Part shown: positions 55,588 through 64,000 of the stretch, piece by piece
Position numbering within the stretch: position 1 is the stretch's first letter
Layout of the letters: each line of letters starts with the position of its first letter
Assembly (NCBI RefSeq): GCF_006345805.1
Contig: NC_042997.1
Span: 14,508,001 to 14,572,000 of the forward strand
Origin: Octopus sinensis
Lineage: Eukaryota
Direction: 5' to 3'
DNA length: 64,000 bases
The notes under the pieces: generated by a model
Databases searched by the model: none
Seen by the model: only the letters and a program-made list of their open reading frames with translations
Told to the model about the DNA's origin: nothing
Translations under genes and position numbers: made by a program

Positions 55588-55642
<55 letters not shown>

Positions 55643-58600
55643 AAAGATTCTAATGAATATACTGAGAGTTCTCAGCTTGTTATACTTGTTCACAGCCTAT
55701 CAACTAACATTGGTAACAAACAATGGAGAGAATTACAGTTCTCTTCTGATGATTTGGCAATGTTTATATTCAATATCATTAAGTGATCATTAAAGAAAGA
55801 TATTCAAGCTTAGTCAAGTGCTTAAGATATACATACTTAGTCTCACAAAGAGAGATTTGATGGCAGCCAAAGTAAGATGTGATGTAACATGTTACAAGAA
55901 TATTATTCAATTGTTGTTTAACCCCTAGATTGACCCTGATTTAATAAACCTAGGATTGTAAGCATTCTCCCCTTTTCAAAGGTATATTAAGTCTGCAATA
56001 TCCAATGTGTCCTTTCCCATGATGGGTGTGTGTAATTTGATAGCAATTTGGCTGCTATTTCTAACAGATAAACTGAGCAGGTTGATGCTCCCTTGCTGTT
56101 TCTGAAGTTACAGGTTAAAATTGATATGCATTTCTTTTATATTTTTCAGTGCGTAGGATGGTCATGGTACTTAGCTAATGACATGCAGTTTTATGTGATC
56201 AGTCCTCTCCTTTTAATACCACTTTCTATGTAAGTAAAGCAAATATATTATGATCATGTTGTTGTTATTGAAAGCCTTCCAAACGTGACATCCCAGACAT
56301 TAGCCCTCAAACATTATCTAATATACGTAATACATTGCCTTTCCTGTTTTTTAAAGAATGCTAGAGTATAATATGAAGGAGAGGGGTTGTTACTTCTAGA
56401 AAATTGACTAACCACATGGATAGTCTCTTGTTAATTTGTTTATTATGCTGCTGGGACTGTAGGCATGGCTAGGTGATTAAGTTATGAAGGCTTGGGTTCA
56501 AATCCCATTACATGATATATTGGGTAAGTGACTTTACTTGTTAGTTACTGGTTTCTAATGAGCCACTAACTTGTTCACTGCATTTCTAAGGTGAGATTGA
56601 CAAGGAAGTATCTGTAACAGGGTGCTGAACAAATATCACAAAGAACTTTATTCAAGGAGCACCAGATTTTTCATTTTGCTTCACAATGTTCCTGTTTTTT
56701 GTTATATGTATAGACAAAAGATGTATACATGCATACATGTATACATACATACCACATACACACACACACACACACACACACATATCACGGTTACAATGTC
56801 CGCTTTTCCATGCTTGCATGAAATTTGTCGAAGCAGATTTCCTATGACCAGATGCCTTTCCATTCACCAACCATCACTTGTTTCCGAGCAAGGTAATATT
56901 TTCCCCCAACACTGGACATATTTTCTTGAAAGACTGGTAATGAGTCTAACACATGCCTCAAAAAGACACTGTAAATCTTTAAATGCAAATCTAACCTAAT
57001 AAATAAAGGAAAAATTAATGGCATGTTGTTCACATTTATTTAGAACTTCCAGAGTTTTCTCAAATAAATATACTACTGGTTACAGTATCCAAATAAAATA
57101 TCAGGCTTGGTCTGCCCTTTTGGGTCCAGTATACATAATATATAAAGTTATATTAATTTTGATTCTAATTTTTAGTTGCCCTTTTATAACAAATAGTTGG
57201 TGGGATTAACATATATATGTAATACACTTGATAGTCTACAAACTGATAAGTATGAGTCAGTTCTTTAATTATTCTTTTACTCTTTCATTCGTTTCAGTCA
57301 TTTGACTGCAGAGCACCACCTTTAGTCAAACAAGCCTAGTACTTATTCTATCAGTGTCTTTTGAAAAACTGCTAAGTTATGGGGACGTAAACACACCAAC
57401 ATCGGTTGTCAGGCGATGGTGGGAGGACAAACACAGACACACAAACATACACATACACACATATGATGAGCTACTTTCATTTTCTATCTACCAAATCTAC
57501 TCACATGGCTGTGGTCAACCCAAGACTATAGTAGAAGACACTTGTCCAAGGTGCATGCAGTGGGAGTGAACCCGGAACCATGTGGTTGATAAGCAAGCTA
57601 CTTACCACACAGCCACTGTTTAATCTATTTTATTTTTTATTTTGTTTTATTTATTTTATGGAATGTATGGTCAATAGAATAATTTCCTCAATGGACATTA
57701 TCTATCTTAATAGATAATAACTTTTCTTTCTGATCTTCCTTCAGTCTGTCTGAATCACTTTAGTGGGTGTACTCAGCAACATCATAGATTAAATCACAAT
57801 TCTATCTTGACATGAAACATACAACAGTTAAATGTCCTTACACTATGACCTGATAATATCACACAACCCCTCTCTCTTTCATAGAGGCACTTGTTCCTTC
57901 TTGAGCCATGCCTGGCTCATAAGGGCCAGTTTCCTGGTTTCCTTGGCATATAGGTTCCCCACCTGGACGGGACGCTGGTCTAGATGCAGGAGGAAAGAGT
58001 GACAGAAAGTTGTGGCGAAAGAGTCAGCAGAAGTTCGCCATTACCTTCTGCCGGAGCTGCATGGAGCTTAGGCGTTTCGCTCATAAACACACACATTGCC
58101 CGGTCTGGGATTCGAACCTGCGATCCCTCGACCACAAGTTCGCTGCTCTAACCACTAGGCCATGTGCCTCCACCACAGAGGCACTGATCAATAAAGTAGT
58201 AGTTTGTCTGCTTGAATTTATTGCTAGAAAACATATCCCACTCTGTTACAATGTATGCTAATTTTTGCTGAGGTATTCTGGATTTGGTAAGAATAGAATG
58301 GCATTTAACACTTCTCAGTCAATAGCATTTTAGTTGATCAAATGAGGGATTGATTAAATAAGAATATAGTTATTTACAATGTGCATCAACTGGTTGTGTC
58401 AATCTATTTAAATCACATAGGTGCAGGAGTGGCTGTGTGGTAAGAAGCTTGCTTAGCAACCACACGGTTCTGGGTTCAGTCCCACAGCATGGCACCTTGG
58501 GCAAGTGTCTTCTATGATTGCCTCAGGCCGACCAAAGCCTTGTAAGTGGATTTGGTAAATGGAAACTGAAAGAAGCCTGTTGTGTGTGTGTGTCTGTGTG

Positions 58601-59844
58601 TCTGTCCCCCCGCCATTGCTTGACAACCCATGCTGGTATGTTTACATCCTCATAACTTACCAGTTCAGCAAAAGAGACCAATAGAATAAGTACTAGGCTT
58701 ACAAAGAATATGTCCTGGGGTTGATTTGCTTGACTAAAGGTGGTGCTCCAGCATGGCTGCAGTTAAATGACTGAAACAAATAAACAAATAAAAGAATGTG
58801 TAAAACAGATACAACTCATTTTTGCTATGTGACTATTATATATATATCGATATATATTGACAGTATATTGATATATTGCCAATATTGATATTTGCCATAT
58901 CAATACTGGGGCAATATTGATATTGCCCCAATATTGATATTGGGGCAATATCAAATAAGGTGTCTTGCTCAAGGACACAATGAATGGTGAAGAATCAAAC
59001 TCATGATTTTACGATTGTGAGCCGATCACCCCTAACCACTTAGCCATGTGATTTTACATATTTACATACATATAAATGCATACAGACTCTCACACACACA
59101 TACACATGTATTAAAGAAACTGTTAAACACTTCGAGTATAAATTAGTAACTCTAGTTCGCTGGATTGGCTACTCTCTGGGAATGGTCAAGTGATGTAGGC
59201 ACTTCCAATGAGACCCCATAAGGATCAAAAACTGATATGGGCTCTTTATCATATTTTTCAGTCAGTTGGTTAATATTAGTCTGGTCTCCATCTTTTGACA
59301 TGTCCAGCATTCTGTGGAATAGTTCACATCCACTGAGGCACAGAAGCCACCAAACTGCCCCAAGGACAGAATACATCTGAATTGCTCTCACAAACAAGAA
59401 TACTAAATATGAACCCGACCACTCTCAAAAATTAAGTTTAGAAAATGGAAAAATAATCCAGAATCCTTGTCAGGTACTGGATCGATCCCTGAAAGTTTCA
59501 TTCGAATCCATCCAGCAGTTCTTGAGATATCTTGTCCATGAACAAACAAACACGACTGAAAACAATACCCCTGCCTTCGCTAAGGCAGAGGTAATAAAGA
59601 CGTTTTACAGTTGACAGGGTAACCTGAGTGCTAAAGGGTTAATCCTTTAAATGGCTTTATTATTTTCTGTTTTCTCCCATAAAAATTTTCTCCTTAATTA
59701 ATAAATAATATTCGTTAATTATATTTTCAGGTTTCCTCTCATTGGCTTTGCTATCTTTTTTGCTTTACTTTTGGCTCAAATGCTTTCTGCAGGAATTATT
59801 TCAACAACAGAAGATTTACCTCCTGTTATGTTTACTGCCAAATC
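27034..59844 (+). CDS. nrf-6: NRF-6 / O-acyltransferase-like (OACYL) multi-exon gene, 3'-incomplete (join of 11 exons)
   Basis: Eleven GT-AG exons join in frame without stops (1574 nt). Motifs: MIDSYGK..GILLG..PGSFEEC and GLCVPNTC (NRF domain); [52 protein letters not shown] (acyltransferase-3). The symbol is a family-level call; the exact paralogue cannot be determined here. Confidence 0.93.
29452..29593. repeat. Foldback with 65-bp arms and a 12-nt loop
   Basis: Reverse-complement match with about 4 mismatches. Confidence 0.9.
33180..33665 (-). mobile_element. CR1/L2-group LINE 3' fragment with (ATT)n tail
   Basis: LPYPERL..L...TL...RL..DL...KII...FF..RV..AWN.LP. Confidence 0.85.
34325..34640. 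repeat. (TA)n/(TG)n array; (GCT)(GAT)(GGT) triplet run at 34130-34245
   Basis: Direct observation. Confidence 0.95.
34960..35190 (-). repeat. Dispersed repeat with a degenerate hammerhead-like signature; inverted partner at 36699-36905(+)
   Basis: Two copies of the same ~220-bp sequence in opposite orientation, 1.5 kb apart. Confidence 0.75.
35195..35708 (+). mobile_element. Non-autonomous Helitron with an extra ~215-bp internal segment
   Basis: A|TC...hairpin...CTAG|T; collinear with the 7972 copy apart from 35414-35628. Confidence 0.85.
36288..36671 (+). mobile_element. tRNA-derived SINE family C. Other copies at about 29699-29955, 34642-34945, 43640-43958(-), 46950-47330(-); related heads at 16790-16990(-) and 57890-58175(-).
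   Basis: TGGCCCAGTGG A-box and GTTTCGATTCC B-box; recurrent body. Confidence 0.9.
37286..37369. repeat. Spacer-less palindrome (62 bp perfect core, 84 bp with one mismatch)
   Basis: agaatggagtcgaacgaagattttaacaaaa|ttttgttaaaatcttcgttcgactccattct. Confidence 0.92.
37600..38470 (+). mobile_element. CRE-clade (restriction-like endonuclease) non-LTR retrotransposon fragment
   Basis: LPVKYG.L, KWD and [14 protein letters not shown]...L.LGL.I.EPH.C.C...VD...H.L. Confidence 0.7.
38928..39106 (+). CDS. nrf-6: NRF-6-like exon 2 ([26 protein letters not shown]...KYCQV)
   Basis: ttcag| acceptor; a+tg completes Met; donor |GTATGG, phase 0; NRF-domain signature. Confidence 0.92.
39657..40231 (+). mobile_element. 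Internally deleted mariner
   Basis: TA-flanked TIRs (ttgtccagaaagttcatgccgattt / aaatcggcacaaactttccggacaa); [21 protein letters not shown]. Confidence 0.9.
41030..41123 (+). CDS. nrf-6: NRF-6-like exon 3 ([32 protein letters not shown])
   Basis: tttctag| acceptor, donor |GTAGGT, phase 0 to 1; GLCVPxxC motif. Confidence 0.9.
42600..42696 (+). CDS. nrf-6: NRF-6-like exon 4 ([32 protein letters not shown])
   Basis: tttcag| acceptor, donor |GTAAGT, phase 1 to 2, open frame. Confidence 0.87.
42900..43237 (+). mobile_element. CR1-type LINE 3' end (different family)
   Basis: [20 protein letters not shown]; 3' stem-loop GACC..GGTC and ATCTAAGTT tandem tail. Confidence 0.7.
44884..45032 (+). CDS. 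nrf-6: NRF-6-like exon 5 ([19 protein letters not shown]...VQSPG)
   Basis: ttgcag| acceptor; GTLYD motif after the first TM helix; weak donor g|GTCAAT, but it gives the phase 1 required by exon 6. Confidence 0.85.
45375..45830 (-). mobile_element. R4/Dong-clade LINE 3' fragment (RLE domain)
   Basis: KILWDF.FQTD...HRRPDIV...DVAVP...IPIVIGALG...[13 protein letters not shown], ending in (TAA)n. Confidence 0.85.
46040..46400 (-). mobile_element. Internally deleted R4/Dong element between (TAA)n tracts
   Basis: N-terminal KR.KWT..EY..I..AY joined to C-terminal [15 protein letters not shown] plus 3'UTR. Confidence 0.7.
48260..48427 (+). CDS. nrf-6: NRF-6-like exon 6 ([19 protein letters not shown]...[17 protein letters not shown])
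   Basis: ttttaaag| acceptor, donor |GTAAGT; canonical CFS..N and GIR.LS..WVILGH motifs. Confidence 0.94.
48556..48649 (+). CDS. nrf-6: NRF-6-like exon 7 ([31 protein letters not shown])
   Basis: ttcag| acceptor, donor |GTAAGT; SVDTFF motif. Confidence 0.94.
48763..50037 (+). mobile_element. Near-full-length decayed mariner transposon (intron 7)
   Basis: TIRs TCAGGTTGAGTAAAAAGTAAGCAAC / GTTGCTTACTTTCTACTCAGCCTGA; WVPH-like CVPHDL and [12 protein letters not shown] motifs, with stops and frameshifts. Confidence 0.9.
50982..51074 (+). CDS. nrf-6: NRF-6-like exon 8 ([10 protein letters not shown]...YFYCHRFWR)
   Basis: tttttag| acceptor, donor |GTAAGT, phase 2 to 2. Confidence 0.93.
51089..51316. 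mobile_element. piggyBac-type MITE
   Basis: TTAA-CCCTTTAG...CTAAAGGG-TTAA, 15 nt downstream of the exon 8 donor. Confidence 0.8.
51890..52327 (+). mobile_element. RTE/BovB-type LINE 3' fragment
   Basis: [18 protein letters not shown] and C-terminal CGR.F...GH text. Confidence 0.75.
52347..52575 (+). mobile_element. tRNA-derived SINE family B (MetaSINE-like core), ~20-bp TSD aaataa(g/a)tttcatcgcccca. Other copies at about 415-600, 2810-3225(-), 10845-11057(-), 15760-15895, 20105-20335(-), 31467-31878(-), 44455-44660, 53545-53750(-), 60125-60350(-).
   Basis: gtcgactttgcctttcatcctttcggggtcgataaa core, A-rich tail and flanking direct repeat. Confidence 0.9.
52846..53014 (+). CDS. nrf-6: NRF-6-like exon 9 (LTPPYMLV...GSGPYWP...[10 protein letters not shown])
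   Basis: long T tract + cag| acceptor, donor |GTAAGT; RLTP.Y, GP.W and NLLYINN motifs. Confidence 0.94.
54202..54575 (+). mobile_element. Non-autonomous Helitron (third family)
   Basis: TC(TA)n start, hairpin TATGACCCAGC-gtt-GCTGGGTCATA, CTAG|T end. Confidence 0.8.
54592..54975. repeat. Foldback of about 380 bp with a 27-nt loop carrying two hammerhead-like motifs
   Basis: Arms 54592-54780 and 54808-54975, with one internal indel. Confidence 0.9.
54871..54940 (+). ncRNA. Type I hammerhead-like motif (mirror copy on - strand at 54627-54716)
   Basis: AUGCAG-CUGAAGA-[39 nt]-GAA-ACGAUUGU-A-CUGCAU. 6-bp stem I and GUA triplet; stem II closing pair is a non-canonical U-U. Confidence 0.5.
56150..56229 (+). 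CDS. nrf-6: NRF-6-like exon 10 ([26 protein letters not shown])
   Basis: tttttcag| acceptor, donor |GTAAGT; WYLA.DMQF motif. Confidence 0.94.
59405..59597 (-). mobile_element. Helentron/DINE-like non-autonomous element
   Basis: Minus strand begins TTATTACCTCTGCC-ttagcgaa-GGCAGGGGTA (terminal hairpin) followed by GTTT repeats. Confidence 0.5.
59731..59844 (+). CDS. nrf-6: NRF-6-like exon 11 ([24 protein letters not shown]...)
   Basis: ttttcag| acceptor, donor |GTAAGT; hydrophobic TM helix in frame. Confidence 0.88.
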
Positions 59845-62144
59845 GTAAGTCCATACTTTCAGTATATCTTTTAATTGGTTTGTTCTCATAGGAAAAGCAT
59901 TTTCTACAGCATAACTGGTAATAATCATTTCTGTTATAGGTACGAGGCCTGAAATTTGGGCAGGAGGAGACTAGTTGATTACATCAACTCCTGTGTCTCA
60001 CTGGTATTTAATTTATCAACCCCGAAAGGATGAACAGCAAAGTCAACTTTGATGGAATTTGAACTCAGAACATACTGGCAGACAAAATACTGCTAAGCAT
60101 TTTGATCGTCGTGCTAATGATTCTTATTTCTTTATTGCCCACAAGGGGCTAAACGTAGAGGGGACAAACAAGGATAGACAAATGGATTAAGTCGATTATA
60201 TCGACCTCAGTGCGTAACTGGTACTTATTTAATCAACCCCGAAAGGATGAAAGGCAAAGTCGACCTCGGCGGAATTTGAACTCAGAACGTACCAGCAGAC
60301 GAAATACCACTAAGCATTTCGCCCGGCCTGCTAACGATTCTGTTAGTTCACCACCTTGGTTAAAATAACAAACAAAAATAACAGTGACATGAGTAAGATC
60401 TGAGCAGTTAATGAATAAGTTTGAGAGATTTAAGGGTAATAGAACCACAACCACATGTGAGAAAAGGGAGTTTCATAACCATTGGTATTGGTAAGAAGTT
60501 TGCTTCCCAAACACATTACTTCAGGTTCAGTCCCACTGCATGGTACCTTGAGCAAGTGGGCCAACCAAAGACTTGTGAGTGGTTTTGGTAGACAGAAACT
60601 GAAAGAAGCCCATTGGATATGTGTGTGTGTGTGTGCTCGATGACTGGCATCCATGCTAGCGAGGTGCAAAGAGTACCATACGAATGTGATCATTTGACAG
60701 AGCGGCTAACCGGCTTCCGTGTCAATGACACATAAAAGGCACTATTCAAGTGTGATCATTACCAGTGTCGCCTTACTGGCACTTGTGCCCGTGCTAGTAG
60801 GGTGCTAAGAGCACCATCCAAGTGTGATCGTTGCCAGAGCAGCCAACTGGCTTCCGTGCCAGTGGCACGTAAAAGGGCACCATTTGAGTGTGATCGTTAC
60901 CAACATCGCTTTACTGGCCCCCATGCCGGTGGCATGTAAAAAGCACCCACTACACTCTCAGAGTGGTTGGCATTAGGAAGGACATCCAGCTGTAGAAACT
61001 CTGCCAGATCAAGATTGGAGCCTGGTGCAGCCATCTGGTTCGCCAGCCCTCAGTCAAAACCGTCCAACCCATGCTAGCATGGAAAGTGGACATTAAACGA
61101 TGATGATGATGATATATATATCTGTGTGTGTGTCGTTGTGTATGAGTTTGTCCTCCACTGCCAACTGACAACCAATATTGATGTGTTTATGCCCCTGTAA
61201 CTTAGCAGTTCAGCAAAAGTGACTGATCCACTTAAATTTTTATGCTCTCCAATGCCATTCACTGTTTACTTGCATATCAAGCTGCTCCTGAAAAAAGGAG
61301 ACATAATAAGTACCAAGTTTTATAAAAATAAGTTCTGGGGGTTGATTCATTTCATAAACATCTTCAAGGTGGTGCTCCAGCATAGCCGTAGCCTAATGAC
61401 TAAAACATATAAAAGATACAAAACAATCCTGAGAGTTATATTCAAGAAAGAATATGAGTGGAGACTGAACATCCACCACTGGTTTCTAAACCTTTTGAAG
61501 TCCTAAAATATAGATATAGGCATAGGAGTGACTGTGTGGTAAGTAGCTTGCTTACGAACCACATGGTTCCGGGTTCAGTCCCACTGTGTAGCACCTTGGG
61601 CAAGTGTTTTCTACTATAGCCTCAGGCCGACCAGAGCTTTGTCAGTGGATTTTGTAGACGGAAACTGAAAGAAGCCTGTCGTATATATGTATATATATAT
61701 ATAAAAATGGATGTATGTATGTGTGTGTGTGTGTATATGTTTGTGTGTCTGTGTTTGTCCCCCCAACATCACTTGACAACTGATGCTGGTGTGTTTACGT
61801 CCACATAATTTAGCGGTTCGGCAAAAAAGACCGATAGAATAAGTACTAGGCTTTCAAAGTATAAGTTCTGGGGTCGATTTGCTCAACTAAAGGCAGTGCT
61901 CCAGCAAGACCACAGTCAAATGACTGAAACCAGTAAAAGAGTAAAAAAGAGAAAGAGTATATGTGATGCACTTTAAAAAAGTATTATTTGTAAAAATATT
62001 GTAAAAAAATTTTAAGATATTAACTAGATTATGGCTGGGAAATAATAGTTTACTCAAAGTAACTGCCCTCAGCTTCCATCACAGCTCAAGACAGCTCCAG
62101 AATCTGGTGTGTGTATTCCTCATTGTGTCCCTGGGAAGATATAA

Positions 62145-62630
62145 TATAATAATAATGAAATTATTGTATACAGTGCTCAGATGCACCACAACTTGTCAAA
62201 AGTGCATATAAAGCATATGCAGTAATGTACAAATGTCTGGAAAGTGAACAGTGTATGAGTCAGATACATGCTTGTGTGTGTATGGAGGGGAGAAAATCAG
62301 GTGTAGTGTTGGCGAATCTCAGGAAGCATGGAAGTTTTGAAGGATGCAGTGCTCTGACAACTAACAACTGAAGCCGGCAGTTTGTTCCATGCTTCAGCAA
62401 TTCTTAGCATGAAAAAATGTTTCCGAAAGTGATGGGAGTTGTGCTGTTTTCTGACTTTGTAAACATGTCCACGGGTGTTAGACAGGTGGAGTTTGAAAAG
62501 GTGCTCAGAGTTATTGTTAGTAAGATGGTTAATAATTTTATGGGTGTCTGCCAAGTCAGCTGCCAGACATCGGAGTTTCAATGTATCCATGCTCAGGGAA
62601 GTAAGACATTCAGAATATGGCAAATGCCTG
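62145..62630 (-). mobile_element. CR1/L2-group LINE 3' fragment (same family; short copies at about 41525-41690 and 42220-42410)
   Basis: Same translated motifs and 3'UTR as the 33180 copy. Confidence 0.85.
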
Positions 62631-62679
62631 ATGGAGAGTATTCTCTTGGTTGTACATCACTGTTAGTCTTTACCACCAG

Positions 62680-62815
62680 CTTGGCCTTGGTATTACAGGC
62701 AGAGTGGTTGGTGTCTTTCTGAGCCACACCCCAAACATAGTAATTAATGAGATTACAACTGGAGTAATTAGAAGGCCAGAAATTGGGGCTGGTGAAGTCA
62801 TACAAATTCTCCACC
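62680..62815 (-). mobile_element. Tc1/mariner-superfamily transposase C-terminal fragment
   Basis: FWPSNYSSCNLINYYVWG resembles WPPxSPDxNPxDYxVWG. Confidence 0.65.
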
Positions 62816-63244
62816 ACCACTAACCACCATCATCAATACTGTCACATCATTGTCTGTCGTGGGCAGAATTCTTAGTACACTGGACAAAATGCTTAGAGGT
62901 ATTCCATCCATCTTTACATTTTGAGAGTTCAAATTCCACTGAGGTAAACTTTACCTCTCGTCCTTGATAAAATAAGTACTACTTGAGCACTGGGGTCAAT
63001 GTATTTGACTTAACTCCATCCCTGAAATTGCTGGGCTTGTGCCAGAATTTGAAACTATTATTATTATTATTATTATATTATTATTATCATCATCATGAGG
63101 GTGCATGGCCTAGTGTTAGGATGTTGCACTCATGATCGCAAGATTGTGGAGTCATGTTATGGTGGTGGTGGTGGTGGAAGCATGTATTTTGATGTTGGTC
63201 ACTGTCACTGTGATGTTTTCATAGGAGCCACCAGCTCAACTCTG

Positions 63245-63420
63245 ATCGACTTAATTTTTGGGTTGAGTCAGTGGATCAATATAGCTTCTTTTATATGTAG
63301 ATTTCCAGTGTTTCTATCTGAGACCAGAATGGAGGCGTCTATCTCTTTAGTGATGTTGCTGCATCTAGTCAGGTGCTTGAGGAAAGAAGACAAGTTAGAC
63401 TGCTTCCTTATGGGGATAGG
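63245..63420 (-). mobile_element. Penelope-like GIY-YIG C-terminal fragment
   Basis: KHLTRC....ILVS..NTGNLHIKEAILIH*LNP matches the HL..C...IL.....L.IKEAILI...P pattern. Confidence 0.6.
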
Positions 63421-63439
63421 CCTTTGTGCCTGAAATATA

Positions 63440-64000
63440 AAGATTTTTGTAAAACTGCTTAGGCCTTTTATCTTTCTTACTCCTACCATCACTCTCTCCT
63501 TTGAATTTTTTACATACCACGCCAGATTATTTCCCCCAGATTTCACACACAATTCACAATTTCCTCCTCTCTGTTGCAATAGATACCTGTCCACATCACT
63601 TTTGGAGTGTGGAGCCCTTTGTAGTATCATCATTTTCTTGATCTTTCTATCAAACTCCTTAAGTTCATCACTTCTCCACTCTATCACACTAGTGATTACC
63701 TTAGAACTGCCTTTTCTTTCATTTGGTCTGTTTCCAGGATGCCTAATTGCTCACACCCATTGTTGTTAATCTCCTCCATAACTTGCCCATCTCATATATT
63801 TCCTTCCATCTTATCAATTTTTTTTTACCTCTCTTCAGTAGTAGCACCCACATATTTTCATGCCAAATTTCATTCCTATGGGTATGCTGAATGTATGAAT
63901 TATCTGAACAGGGGAATCTGTCAGTTTTCCCAAATTGTTTTAGATCACCCATGAACAGCAGGTAGTTTATCTTAAACTTATGTCCTGCCCTCTTATAACC
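63440..64000 (-). mobile_element. R4/Dong-clade RT fragment
   Basis: LFMGDLK (decayed YxDD), LKRGK, W...EL..DRK..K.M....HSKSDVDR. Confidence 0.8.

Noticed and set aside
63944-63961. Frame-preserving 18-nt microexon (ttttag|...|gtagtt) as exon 12
   Set aside because: It is exactly the antisense of the decayed RT catalytic motif (LLFMGD) of the R4 fragment, so the splice-like signals are likely chance.

Overview
AT-rich, repeat-dense metazoan genomic DNA, very probably Octopus (inferred from the SINE families and microsatellite load, not from a database search). There is one host gene on the + strand: an NRF-6/OACYL-type protein with a signal peptide, an NRF domain and an acyltransferase-3 membrane domain. 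I reconstructed 11 phase-consistent GT-AG coding exons from 27034 to 59844 (524 codons plus 2 nt). No further exon was found, so the 3' end probably lies beyond the window. A CpG-retaining block at about 7.7-10.65 kb is a candidate promoter. The rest is several tRNA-derived SINE families, mariners, Helitrons, piggyBac/hAT MITEs, and fragments of RTE, CR1, R4/Dong, CRE and Penelope elements. Three things stand out. (1) Several unrelated minimal type-I hammerhead-ribozyme-like motifs with palindromic stem III occur alone, in tandem and in foldback arrangements, alongside Penelope GIY-YIG fragments. (2) A 922-bp element carries a Gypsy-type integrase fragment between about 90-bp terminal inverted repeats with a 5-bp TSD (Ginger-like, or an inverted-LTR product). 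(3) There is an unusual density of long foldback palindromes. No CRISPR array, rRNA gene or bona fide tRNA gene was found.
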